Below are positions 39,357 to 48,763 of a DNA stretch of 64,000 nucleotides, one piece after another. Below the pieces are notes generated by a model, which made no database searches, was not told where the DNA came from, and worked only from the letters and a program-made list of their open reading frames with translations. The DNA is from an uncultured bacterium (lineage in GTDB: Bacteria; Patescibacteriota; Dojkabacteria; J137): assembly GCA_963700155.1 (NCBI GenBank), contig OY969472.1, positions 872,690-936,689 on the forward strand. Direction: 5' to 3'. Positions within the stretch are counted from its first letter, which is position 1, and every line of letters starts with the position of its first letter. A program made the position numbers and the translations under genes.

Positions 39357-40526
39357 CTAAAACTCAACAATAAATTTAGTTCCTTTTCCAGCCTCGCTCT
39401 CAACACTAACCTTCCACCCATGTGCTTCGATAATTTCCTTAACAATAGCCAAACCTAATCCTAGTCCGCCAGTATTTCTATTTCGGGACTTCTCTACTCT
39501 GTAGAATCTTTCAAATAGATAAGGAAGATGTTTTTTATCAATTCCGGTACCATTATCTTCAAACATAAGATTATTATCATTTAATGAAATTTTGATCTCA
39601 CTTGCTTCTGCATATTTCAAAGTGTTCTCAATTAGATTAATAAAGACCCTTCTTAACAAATCTTTATCTCCTTTAATTTCAAAATTTTTATCAACATCAA
39701 TTACAACATTAATCTTTTCTTCTTCAAATCTTTCTTTATACTGATCAACAATTTCATTTATAAACTCAGATACATTAATTTCTTTTAAATTTAACTTATA
39801 ATTTTTATTCCTTATCCTAGAAAATTCTTGAAGTTTTTCAACAAGATCATCTAATCTATCTACTTGCTCCAAGAGTGAATCGACTCTTTTTTTATCCATT
39901 TTCAATACTCCATCTTTTACACCTTGAAGCTGACCAACCAAACTTGTTATCGGAGTTTTCAATTCATGCGAGGTATCAGAAATTAAATCTTTTCTAAGCA
40001 TTTCAACGCGATTTAACTCTTCTGTAAGTCTGTTAAATTCATCAATAACAGTATCAAGTTCATCTGTTCCTGACTTCTCTAATTTTAATTTATAATTATT
40101 GTCTCTAAGTTTTGTAAGACCATTTTTGAGATTTCTTAATGGTTTAGTAAATAATTGAGAAGTAAGGAAACCAATAATTAAAGAAGCAATTACTGCGAGT
40201 ATTCCAACTCTTAAAATTGAAGATTGGAATGTTTCAGCATACTGCTCTTCTAACGGTTTAAGTTTAATTGTTCCATCATCATTAAAAACAACAACACTCG
40301 GATCATCATTTCTTACAACAACAGGTGCTGTGAATGGAGATACTCTGATAGTTTGCACAACACTACTGAAAGTTTCTTTGCTTTCTTCTAGAAAAACATT
40401 ATTAAGAATAAAAAAAAGCGAAATACACAAAACAGAAACTATAACTGCTATTTGAACACTTATTTTACTGAAAAATTTTCTAATTCTTTTTATCAATGTT
40501 TTCACTGAATTTATATCCCTTTCCAA
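39357..40526 (-). CDS. Sensor histidine kinase (BaeS-like, HAMP)
   Basis: 2 TM, HAMP, SHELKTP, NLIEN, DNGTGI, FERFYR, GLGLGLAI. Confidence 0.93.
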   Translation of the reverse strand: MERDINSVKTLIKRIRKFFSKISVQIAVIVSVLCISLFFILNNVFLEESKETFSSVVQTIRVSPFTAPVVVRNDDPSVVVFNDDGTIKLKPLEEQYAETFQSSILRVGILAVIASLIIGFLTSQLFTKPLRNLKNGLTKLRDNNYKLKLEKSGTDELDTVIDEFNRLTEELNRVEMLRKDLISDTSHELKTPITSLVGQLQGVKDGVLKMDKKRVDSLLEQVDRLDDLVEKLQEFSRIRNKNYKLNLKEINVSEFINEIVDQYKERFEEEKINVVIDVDKNFEIKGDKDLLRRVFINLIENTLKYAEASEIKISLNDNNLMFEDNGTGIDKKHLPYLFERFYRVEKSRNRNTGGLGLGLAIVKEIIEAHGWKVSVESEAGKGTKFIVEF

Positions 40527-41163
40527 TAACAGTTAAGATATAATGAGGATTTTTTGGCTCAGATTCAACAGCTTTTCTTAGTGCTTTAATATGAGCATCA
40601 ATTGTTCGATCTAAAATATCTCGAGCCAAAAAATCCTCATATGACTTATCCATTATTTCTTCTCTTGTAAATACTTTACCTGGTGCATTTGCAAGAGTGT
40701 AAAGTATATTAAATTGTGTTGTTGTTAACTCGATCTCTTTTTTCCCCTTTATTACTTTCATTTTATCGGGATCAATTTCGAGATCAGCAATCTTAATAGA
40801 TTTTGAAGCTATTCTTCTTAAAAGATTTTGTACTCTTGCGACCAAAATACTTGGTGAAAAAGGTTTTTTTATATAATCATCAGCTCCTATTTCAAGACCA
40901 ATAATTTCATCAATTTCTTCAACTCTTGCAGTCACCATTATTACAGGAATATTTGAGAATCGTCTTAGGCTTTTGCAAACAGTAATTCCATCTACTTTAG
41001 GCAAATTCAAGTCTAAAACAACAAGATCAAATTTCTCTGATCTTAAAAGCTCTAAAGCTTTTTCACCATCCTGAGCCTCGACTATTTCATAGTCTTCTCT
41101 TTGTAAATAGGCTTTTTCCACCTCTCGAATTGTATCTTCATCTTCAACTATTAGAATTTTCAT
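40480..41163 (-). CDS. OmpR-family response regulator
   Basis: ILIVEDE, LDLNLP, GADDYIKKPF, winged helix ending TVIGKGY. Confidence 0.94.
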   Translation of the reverse strand: MKILIVEDEDTIREVEKAYLQREDYEIVEAQDGEKALELLRSEKFDLVVLDLNLPKVDGITVCKSLRRFSNIPVIMVTARVEEIDEIIGLEIGADDYIKKPFSPSILVARVQNLLRRIASKSIKIADLEIDPDKMKVIKGKKEIELTTTQFNILYTLANAPGKVFTREEIMDKSYEDFLARDILDRTIDAHIKALRKAVESEPKNPHYILTVIGKGYKFSENIDKKN

Positions 41164-41271
41164 AATTTAGATTATATAACTATTAATTCATTATGAATAC
41201 TAGCAATACAATATGAAGTTTTGATGAAATTTTGTTTTGGATATTTTTATAAAATTTAGTATTATTCCAAA

Positions 41272-41850
41272 ATGCAGACATCTACAACAGAAACTTTAAA
41301 TAATCAAAAAACACCTTATAGAAGGTTATTAGTAAAAGATGAAAGAATCGATAGGTTAAGAGAACTTGCAAAGTATAATCCAGATGCAATTGGATTGATG
41401 TGGTTTAAAGTATTATATTTTAAATTTACAAAAGCTACTGATCCTTATACAGCTGGGGAATCGGTAATAGCTTATATTAAAAAACATGTTCTTCACCTAC
41501 AAAATGTAGATGGAAATAATAAAATCAGATATTATCCAGATGGCAAACAAATATTAAGAAAAATGAGTGAGCAAAAACAACTGAATTTTTTAGATTTTGC
41601 TCACATGAAGATTTACGATGGTAAAGATCTATTTGAGTATGTGTTTGAAAATATAATTTCTGGACATGTAGATTATCTTATTTATGAAATGGTTTATGAT
41701 GTTTTAAAACTTCAATGCGAGACATGGGATAAGATATTGAATGATGATCCTACAGAGTTTTCATTTGGAAGATATGATATTCCAATTATGATTGAACAAG
41801 AGTATTTAAGGTATCGGGAAAATATAATTAATAGTATACAAGAAGGTTGA
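41272..41850 (+). CDS. Hypothetical protein, ends IQEG
   Basis: 192-aa ORF; TTGGAT-17-TATTAT ends 6 nt before ATG. Confidence 0.7.
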   Translation: MQTSTTETLNNQKTPYRRLLVKDERIDRLRELAKYNPDAIGLMWFKVLYFKFTKATDPYTAGESVIAYIKKHVLHLQNVDGNNKIRYYPDGKQILRKMSEQKQLNFLDFAHMKIYDGKDLFEYVFENIISGHVDYLIYEMVYDVLKLQCETWDKILNDDPTEFSFGRYDIPIMIEQEYLRYRENIINSIQEG

Positions 41851-41851
41851 A

Positions 41852-43231
41852 TTATAAATTCTTTAAATATCTTGTTAGAATTTTATAAATTTCAAGATCA
41901 AATCTGAACTTTTCATTCTCTTTAAATAATTCATCATCTGTACTTGAATTTATTAAACACCATTTATTAAAAGTAAATGTTTCTTCTAATGATTCACTTT
42001 TTTCAGTAATTTGTTTTTCATTTTGGAACGGCCAGTTTTTGATCTTTATCTTATCTATAGATTCTTGAAGTATTCGATTGTATTCTTCTGGTGTAATTTT
42101 ACCGATACATGCTCCTTTGCAATATCCAAGTTGATAAAGAAAACATGCACCTTTCCCTTTTTCAAGTCCCATAAGCTTTGGACATAATCCTTTTTCTTTT
42201 ACTAAATCATTAAGTTTGTGCACTAAATCTATTTTGCTTCTAAAAATTCCAATAAGATTCTTAAAATTTTTATCAATATCAAAATCATAATCAGATTTGA
42301 TTTTTAAGTTTAAATATCCATTTTCATCTTCAAACTTTTCAAGTTTGATTAATTCTCTATTACGTCTAAGCATACGGTTATAGATCGGCTGGTATTTCTT
42401 GACAAGCAATGCTTCGCGGATTGAAGCACCTAAAATACCAGCCGTTTCAATAAACTCTATTCTTTTAAGTTGTTGATTAATATTAAAATCTTTAATTAAG
42501 GTCAGGTCTTGATAAAAATGCTCATAAATTCTTCTTCTTAAGTTTTTACTCATTCCAACATAAATCGGCAATTCCTCATCACCATAGAATAAATAAACGC
42601 CAGGGTTTTCAGGAATATCTTCCATTTTGATTTTTAAAAGTGCAGGAGGAATTGCCGAACTCTTCACAGCAGTATTGAACGTATTCAAAAATTTCTCTTC
42701 ACCATGATCCATCAAAGCTTTATAGAAAAAAACTCGAACAACGTCTGTATCAAAAGAAGCTCTATGTCTTCCTTCAATTCTTTCATCATCAGCAGTAAAG
42801 TTTATTCTCTGGATAATACTGTCAAGATTATGATGTTTGAATTTAGGATAAAGGATCCTTGAAAGCTTAACTGTACAGCAATAGTTCAAGTTTATTGTAA
42901 GACCGTATTTATCTAGTTGGTGTTTTAAAAATGAATAATCAAATCTTGCGTTATGTGCAACAATCATCTCTTCGTTAATAAAATCAAAAATATCCTCTGC
43001 TACATCTTCAAAAAGAGGCTCATTTTTTAACATTTCGTTATCAATACCTGTAAGCTTAGTAACAAAAGGGTCAACTTGAACTTGAGGATTTATTAATGTG
43101 TGGTATTCATCAATTACATCACCATTTTTGACTTTAGAAATGTAAATTTCAGTCATCATATCTTTATGGTAATTACTACCAGTAGTTTCAATATCAAGAA
43201 AGTTTAGATTAATATCTTTATAGTTAATCAT
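41852..43231 (-). CDS. DEDDh 3'-5' exonuclease fused to a UvrC/Cho-like GIY-YIG endonuclease domain
   Basis: LDIETTG, HNARFD, HRASFD; PGVYLF...IYVGMSKNLRRR; Cys cluster CFLYQLGYCKGAC. Confidence 0.88.
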   Translation of the reverse strand: MINYKDINLNFLDIETTGSNYHKDMMTEIYISKVKNGDVIDEYHTLINPQVQVDPFVTKLTGIDNEMLKNEPLFEDVAEDIFDFINEEMIVAHNARFDYSFLKHQLDKYGLTINLNYCCTVKLSRILYPKFKHHNLDSIIQRINFTADDERIEGRHRASFDTDVVRVFFYKALMDHGEEKFLNTFNTAVKSSAIPPALLKIKMEDIPENPGVYLFYGDEELPIYVGMSKNLRRRIYEHFYQDLTLIKDFNINQQLKRIEFIETAGILGASIREALLVKKYQPIYNRMLRRNRELIKLEKFEDENGYLNLKIKSDYDFDIDKNFKNLIGIFRSKIDLVHKLNDLVKEKGLCPKLMGLEKGKGACFLYQLGYCKGACIGKITPEEYNRILQESIDKIKIKNWPFQNEKQITEKSESLEETFTFNKWCLINSSTDDELFKENEKFRFDLEIYKILTRYLKNL

Positions 43232-43266
43232 AGAGATATATTATACTGCAGGTATACCTTAGGATT

Positions 43267-43680
43267 TTAATTCTGTAAGATTCCCAAATAAATTTTATTA
43301 ACCATCAAAAAGATTATTATTCTTATCTGAGGAGAAAAATCTATCTCACTAGAACATTCGCATATAAAGTCTAAATAAATTTCAGTAATTTTATAAAGGA
43401 AGCTTAGATCTGAGGGATATTTATTTCCGAGAGGTGTATTTATGAATTTTTTTATGTATTGTGCATCTGGAGTTTCTAAACTAAATAAATTATGCGTTAA
43501 ATGTACTATTCTGTTGGCAATGTTGATCAAATGATCATAAAGATCTGGGAAGTTTTTGTAAAAATATTTAATCTGATCTTCAGCAAGTGCTTTACAAAAA
43601 TTTTGAGACAAATTTAGGCTTGTTATTTTATAAGAGAAGTCTCCAAGATCGCTTATAACAATATCATCTGAGTCTTTCAT
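43267..43680 (-). CDS. Hypothetical protein
   Basis: 137-aa ORF with TAAAAT 7 nt before ATG. Confidence 0.6.
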   Translation of the reverse strand: MKDSDDIVISDLGDFSYKITSLNLSQNFCKALAEDQIKYFYKNFPDLYDHLINIANRIVHLTHNLFSLETPDAQYIKKFINTPLGNKYPSDLSFLYKITEIYLDFICECSSEIDFSPQIRIIIFLMVNKIYLGILQN

Positions 43681-43717
43681 GACTCAGATTTTACTAAATT
43701 TTTTGCTATATTCAAAG

Positions 43718-43960
43718 TTAATAGCTTACAGGATAACTCATTAACATACTGTTATCACTGTTGGTTGAATTATTGTTCCAGAAACTAACATGCTGTCCAG
43801 ATAAAGCTGCTGAAGCCATTGAAAAGTAAACAATAATTATTGCAAGAAGAGTTACATAAAGAACTCCAACAACGATAAGGATTCGTAAGACCTTATCCTT
43901 TTTAGATGTTGTTGATTTATTTTCTTCCATAACAGGCATAGCTTGAGGTTGTTGCTCCAT
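43718..43960 (-). CDS. Small single-TM protein
   Basis: 80 aa, one TM helix. Confidence 0.65.
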   Translation of the reverse strand: MEQQPQAMPVMEENKSTTSKKDKVLRILIVVGVLYVTLLAIIIVYFSMASAALSGQHVSFWNNNSTNSDNSMLMSYPVSY

Positions 43961-44042
43961 ATTAAATTGGTAAAAATTACATACCTAACATTATTGCAAA
44001 TTTTGAAGCAGATGAAAATAAATAGTAATTATTGACCTAGTC

Positions 44043-45698
44043 TTAGATAATATAAGCTTTACTTATATATTGTTTCAACATCCTGTCGGTGTTAAAGTAA
44101 CTTCCATTTTGATTTATGCATCCCAGAATTATTTTAGCCCACTCATTTTTGTTCATATACGTTGGTAAGATAACGTTTTCTAATTTATCATATAGATCTT
44201 TGAGTTCCTGATCTTCAGGATCTGGGGATGGGGAATCGGTACCGATTCCCCATCCAGTAACTCCTTCTTTAAGACCTTCAACCCACCATCCATCTATAGT
44301 TGAAAAACTTGGAATACCATTTAATGCAGCTTTCATTCCACTAGTTCCACACGCCTCTCTAGGTTTTATTGGATTATTTAGCCATAAATCACTTCCTACA
44401 ACAAGATATTTTGAAATTTTCATACCATAATTTTCAAGGAAAACAATATTCAATTGTCCTAAATCTGTTTTAGAGAGTTTGAAAATATCTGCAATTTTAG
44501 CTTCTGATGGTTCAGAATCAAAATATGCTTTACCCGAAAGAATAATTTGCAGACCTCCGAATTTTTCAGCGATTTTTTTTAACCTTTCTACATCAGTAAA
44601 GATAAAACTTGATCTTTTATATGGATCTACTCTACGTCCAAATCCTATTGTAAAAATATCTTTACTTAAGGCTATCCCATATCTGTCTTTAATATATTTA
44701 GTTAAGATCATTTTATTCCTGGCAGACATTTCTAGAGCTTCTTGAGCGGAGACGTCTAAGTTTTTTAATTTCTCAGGATCATTTCGCCAGTCAGGAATTT
44801 TTTCATCTAATAATGCTCTGGTTCCGTCTCCGCTCCAATATCCAGCATGAATTCCATTAGTAATATAATCGATTTTAAATTCAGGAAACATTTTCGAAGT
44901 CACTTCTTGATGTCTTTTAGACACAGCATTTGAATATTTTGCATATTTAAAACAGAATTTTGTCATATGAATAACCCCAGCTTCTGAATTTTGCATTAAG
45001 AAATCGATTTCTCCATCATTGAAATAATTTGATAATTCTGAAATGTCATATTTTCTATGTCCATGTTCCTCAGGAGTATGAGTGGTAAAAACTACTCGTT
45101 TCTTTACTTCATCCTCACTTCCAAGTAATTCTTTTAATGCAAGTATGCTAAAAGCAGCGTGGGATTCATTCAAATGATAATTGTCCAATATGTCATGCCC
45201 CATTTCTTTCAAAGCTAAAACTCCTCCAATTCCCAGAACTATTTCTTGTTTTAATCTTGTTGAATTTACTGGAGTGTAAAGGTTGTAACTTATATATTGA
45301 TTTTCTAAAGTATTTTTTTCAAAATCTGTGTTAAGGAAATATAAAGGAATTTTATTACCATTTAGTCCTTCTACTTCATATTTCCAGATTTCAACAAAAA
45401 TACTTTCATTTTTAAGTTTAATTTCAAAGACTTTTTCTGTATTAGTTAGATATTTTGTATGATCCCAAACATCAGGTTCTTCGAGTTGAACGCCTCTATC
45501 ATTAATAACCTGTCTGAAATATCCTTTTTTGTAAAGTAATGTAACACCAACAAAATTTAGTCCCATATCAGCAGCAGTTTTGATTGTATCTCCAGCTAGA
45601 ATCCCTAAACCTCCAGCATAACTTTTAATTTCAGAACGGAGTCCAAATTCCATTGAGAAGTATGCTACTGATCCTGGGTTAGGTTTCGAATCTGCCAT
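44043..45698 (-). CDS. glgP: Alpha-glucan phosphorylase (short type)
   Basis: AYFSMEFG, YAGGLGILAGD, HLNESH, FTTHTP, ITNGIH, EACGTSGMKAALNG, DGWW. Confidence 0.93.
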   Translation of the reverse strand: MADSKPNPGSVAYFSMEFGLRSEIKSYAGGLGILAGDTIKTAADMGLNFVGVTLLYKKGYFRQVINDRGVQLEEPDVWDHTKYLTNTEKVFEIKLKNESIFVEIWKYEVEGLNGNKIPLYFLNTDFEKNTLENQYISYNLYTPVNSTRLKQEIVLGIGGVLALKEMGHDILDNYHLNESHAAFSILALKELLGSEDEVKKRVVFTTHTPEEHGHRKYDISELSNYFNDGEIDFLMQNSEAGVIHMTKFCFKYAKYSNAVSKRHQEVTSKMFPEFKIDYITNGIHAGYWSGDGTRALLDEKIPDWRNDPEKLKNLDVSAQEALEMSARNKMILTKYIKDRYGIALSKDIFTIGFGRRVDPYKRSSFIFTDVERLKKIAEKFGGLQIILSGKAYFDSEPSEAKIADIFKLSKTDLGQLNIVFLENYGMKISKYLVVGSDLWLNNPIKPREACGTSGMKAALNGIPSFSTIDGWWVEGLKEGVTGWGIGTDSPSPDPEDQELKDLYDKLENVILPTYMNKNEWAKIILGCINQNGSYFNTDRMLKQYISKAYII

Positions 45699-45727
45699 AA
45701 AATTTGAAGTGTATATTTATTGATTAA

Positions 45728-45756
45728 ATCTTAAATGCAGAGCATTCTTATGTCAA
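45728..45756 (-). promoter_or_regulatory. sigma70-type promoter of glgP
   Basis: TTGACA-17 nt-TAAGAT. Confidence 0.6.
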
Positions 45757-45757
45757 A

Positions 45758-46183
45758 TTATTCAACAATTACAGATCCAGTCATGAAAGTATGAATATTG
45801 CAATGATAAGAATAGTTACCAGTACTATTAAAAGTAAAACTAAAGGTCTTTCCTGGTGAAATATTACCAGAGTCAAATAAACCATCATCAGAAGTTACTG
45901 TATGAGTAATTGCATCATTATTAGTCCAAGTTACCGTCATCCCTTTTTTTATTCTAATTGTATGTTGTGTAAATGCGAAATTAGATATTTGTACACTTCC
46001 TGAAGTTTCTCCGGTTTGATCTACTATTGCATTTATATTTGAACTAGATTCTTCAGGCATACTCATAGCTTCTTCATTAGTATCTGGGGATGTATTATTA
46101 TTGTTTAGAATTACTGCAACTCCGATTATTATTATGACAACAATTATAACTAAACCAAATAGAATTATAGTTTTATTCTTCAT
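45758..46183 (-). CDS. Membrane-anchored cupredoxin (plastocyanin/amicyanin-like)
   Basis: VTWTNND..HTV and YHCNIH..M type-1 Cu ligands. Confidence 0.9.
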   Translation of the reverse strand: MKNKTIILFGLVIIVVIIIIGVAVILNNNNTSPDTNEEAMSMPEESSSNINAIVDQTGETSGSVQISNFAFTQHTIRIKKGMTVTWTNNDAITHTVTSDDGLFDSGNISPGKTFSFTFNSTGNYSYHCNIHTFMTGSVIVE

Positions 46184-46246
46184 AATGTCTTTTAAAAAAT
46201 ATTATTTATATAGTATAAATTATTTCCTGTGAATTCCAGATGAATT

Positions 46247-46573
46247 CTACTTTATAAATCTTTTTAAGCCAAAGCCAATTAGTCCTAATATAGATCCACA
46301 GAATGATCCAAATAACCCAAGAAGAATAAAAAACGGAAGTGCGCTAACTAAATTGTCTCCTTCGTATCCAGCAACCATAAAAATAAAACTAAGAAAGAAA
46401 CCATAAATAATTCCATTAATAACAGAAGTTTTTCTTTTATCTGTCCAATATCCAATGAACAAACCAATAATAGCCCAAACTACTAAACTCAATGCTGATC
46501 CTACAAATAAATATCTTGAACCTAATATTCCTAAAATCGTTCCTAATAAGACAGAAATTAATATTTTTGACAT
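46247..46573 (-). CDS. Small Gly-rich membrane protein (about 4 TM)
   Basis: Hydrophobic helices throughout. Confidence 0.7.
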   Translation of the reverse strand: MSKILISVLLGTILGILGSRYLFVGSALSLVVWAIIGLFIGYWTDKRKTSVINGIIYGFFLSFIFMVAGYEGDNLVSALPFFILLGLFGSFCGSILGLIGFGLKRFIK

Positions 46574-46714
46574 AAATTTATTCTATCACAGCAAGAATCT
46601 ATATTAAAAATATATCTTAATTCAAAATTATTGTATGAGTTTAGGAAACTACTATACTCTAGTAAATATAGCTTCTTTAAGTTAAAATTTAAGGTTATTA
46701 GCTTGACATCAATT

Positions 46715-47680
46715 ATGATGAACAAAAAACTTGGATCCTTTCTATCATTTTTGACTACAAAGAAGTTTATTATCCCTGCTGCTTTATTAATTGCGGTTGC
46801 TTCAGTTGGTGGAATTGTTATGCATTTTACACTTGCGGTTAATACAAATGTTAAAGGTATTAATACTTTTAATATCCCTGCTGAAATGAATATAGATGTA
46901 GCATTAATAAATTGTGAGTACAACTCAGCTTCATTAGATGTGAAAATTTCAAAACCTAAAGATGGGGCTGAATTTTTTACTAACGACAAGATAGAATTTA
47001 GTTCAGCATATACTTATAAATGTGATGATACTCCAAAATTTGCTTATTCCTGGAACTTAGATAATTCTTCAAAACCTTTTTCGCAAAATAAAAATTCAGC
47101 CACGCTTAAGAATCTAACTGCAGGTGATCATACTGTAAAATATATGGTAAGTGACGATAAGATTAAGATCTCTAAAACTATTAAATTTAAAGTCAAAAAT
47201 TTGAATACGGTCCAATGTTATCAAACATGTGATAGTCACAATATTTGTGCTAATAGACTAACATGTAGTAATAGTAAATGTGTATTAGAAAGTAATCCAA
47301 GTTCAAAAGAATGTAAACCAAATCAAGCACCGGATTGGGTAAGTATTAGTACTCCTGTCAATGGGAATACTTATGAAACTGCTTGTGACTATCAATATTC
47401 TAATTATCCTTGTGTAAGTTTTGTAGGAAATGCAAAAGATCCCGAAGATGGTAATTTAAGTGGAAATTCACTTAAATGGTATTATCAATTTTATGACTGT
47501 AATAGCAATAATACTGTTTATGGATCAAGCGTATACTTTGGGTCAGGGAATAATCCTGCATTATTTTTAGGATTAACCTATTGTGGAAAATATAAGATAA
47601 TTCTCAAAGCTACGGACAGTCAAGGTCTTGAAAAGACTACTGAAGTAGAAGTTACTCTTTATAATTCTCGTAGAGGTTAA
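46715..47680 (+). CDS. Exported protein with two Ig/PKD-like domains separated by a Cys-rich module
   Basis: TM near the N-terminus; ISKPKDG...YSW...GDHTV and ISTPVNG...DPEDGNL...W...LKATDSQG; CYQTC..C..C...C; ATG at 46715 preferred. Confidence 0.7.
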   Translation: MMNKKLGSFLSFLTTKKFIIPAALLIAVASVGGIVMHFTLAVNTNVKGINTFNIPAEMNIDVALINCEYNSASLDVKISKPKDGAEFFTNDKIEFSSAYTYKCDDTPKFAYSWNLDNSSKPFSQNKNSATLKNLTAGDHTVKYMVSDDKIKISKTIKFKVKNLNTVQCYQTCDSHNICANRLTCSNSKCVLESNPSSKECKPNQAPDWVSISTPVNGNTYETACDYQYSNYPCVSFVGNAKDPEDGNLSGNSLKWYYQFYDCNSNNTVYGSSVYFGSGNNPALFLGLTYCGKYKIILKATDSQGLEKTTEVEVTLYNSRRG

Positions 47681-47703
47681 TTTATTTTTTAAAAATTTAA
47701 ATT

Positions 47704-48753
47704 ATGAAAGTATTAGTTTTGATCGTTTTATTAGCTGTTGTTTTGATTGCAGGATATTTATTTATCTCAAAAAACAATCCGGCTTTATTATCAGGTCTTG
47801 GTGTGAATTCAGGGGCAAATATAACGTTAGTTAAAGAATCAGGAGGTATTTCGTATAAAGCTACAGAAAGTGATCAATATACACAACTTACTGATGATCA
47901 AGTCACTATTAAAAACGGAAGTTTCATCAAAACCGATGCAGATAGTTATGCAAGGGTATTTCTTCCAGATAATTCATTAGTTTCAATTGATGAAAGTACA
48001 GAAATCCAAATAAATTATCAGGATAATAATACAGACATTCAACAATTGATTGGAAAAACTTGGAATAGAGTTCAAACTCTTAGCAATGGTGGTGAATACA
48101 AAGTTGAAACACCAAATACTGTCGCTGCAGTAAGGGGAACTATTTTTGGGGTAGGAGTAGATGACGATAATCATTCTAGAGTTTTTTCAATTGAACATAC
48201 AGTTAGTGTTGGTAAACATAACAAAGGAGATAATACTGTAACAGGTTCTCAAGATGTCTCAGACGGTCAGATTGCTAATGTTAATAATGATTCTGGTCAA
48301 TTAGATATTAAACTAGGGGCAACTCCTGATAGTATTACTAACACATTCTGGTATAAAAGAAATCAAGTAGTAGATGAAGAATGGTTGAAAATTAAAGATA
48401 TGAAAGGAGTAAATCTTGTAGATTTATTGAACGAAAACCTTATGAAACGAAGTGATTACAATGATTTGAGATTAGGTCTTCCTGCTGTTCAAACAGATCC
48501 GACAAAAATTCAAGATCAATTGGCCAATGCATATAAGTTTACAACTATTACGCAAAGTACATGTTCTGAAGCTACACCTGCATCGTTACAAGTAGCTATT
48601 GATGAAGTTCAAAGATATAGAACTTATGTTGCTAATGCTGATGCAATAATTAATCTTCTAACTGAGCTTAAGAAAGATTGTGCAGATGGAAAACTTGATG
48701 CATCTGAAATTCAGGTTTTACAAGGATTAGTCAATCAAGCTAACGGTCAGTAA
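47704..48753 (+). CDS. FecR-domain exported protein
   Basis: Signal/TM; IKTDADSYARVFLPDNS, VETPNTVAAVRGTIF. Confidence 0.85.
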   Translation: MKVLVLIVLLAVVLIAGYLFISKNNPALLSGLGVNSGANITLVKESGGISYKATESDQYTQLTDDQVTIKNGSFIKTDADSYARVFLPDNSLVSIDESTEIQINYQDNNTDIQQLIGKTWNRVQTLSNGGEYKVETPNTVAAVRGTIFGVGVDDDNHSRVFSIEHTVSVGKHNKGDNTVTGSQDVSDGQIANVNNDSGQLDIKLGATPDSITNTFWYKRNQVVDEEWLKIKDMKGVNLVDLLNENLMKRSDYNDLRLGLPAVQTDPTKIQDQLANAYKFTTITQSTCSEATPASLQVAIDEVQRYRTYVANADAIINLLTELKKDCADGKLDASEIQVLQGLVNQANGQ

Positions 48754-48763
48754 AATAAAAACC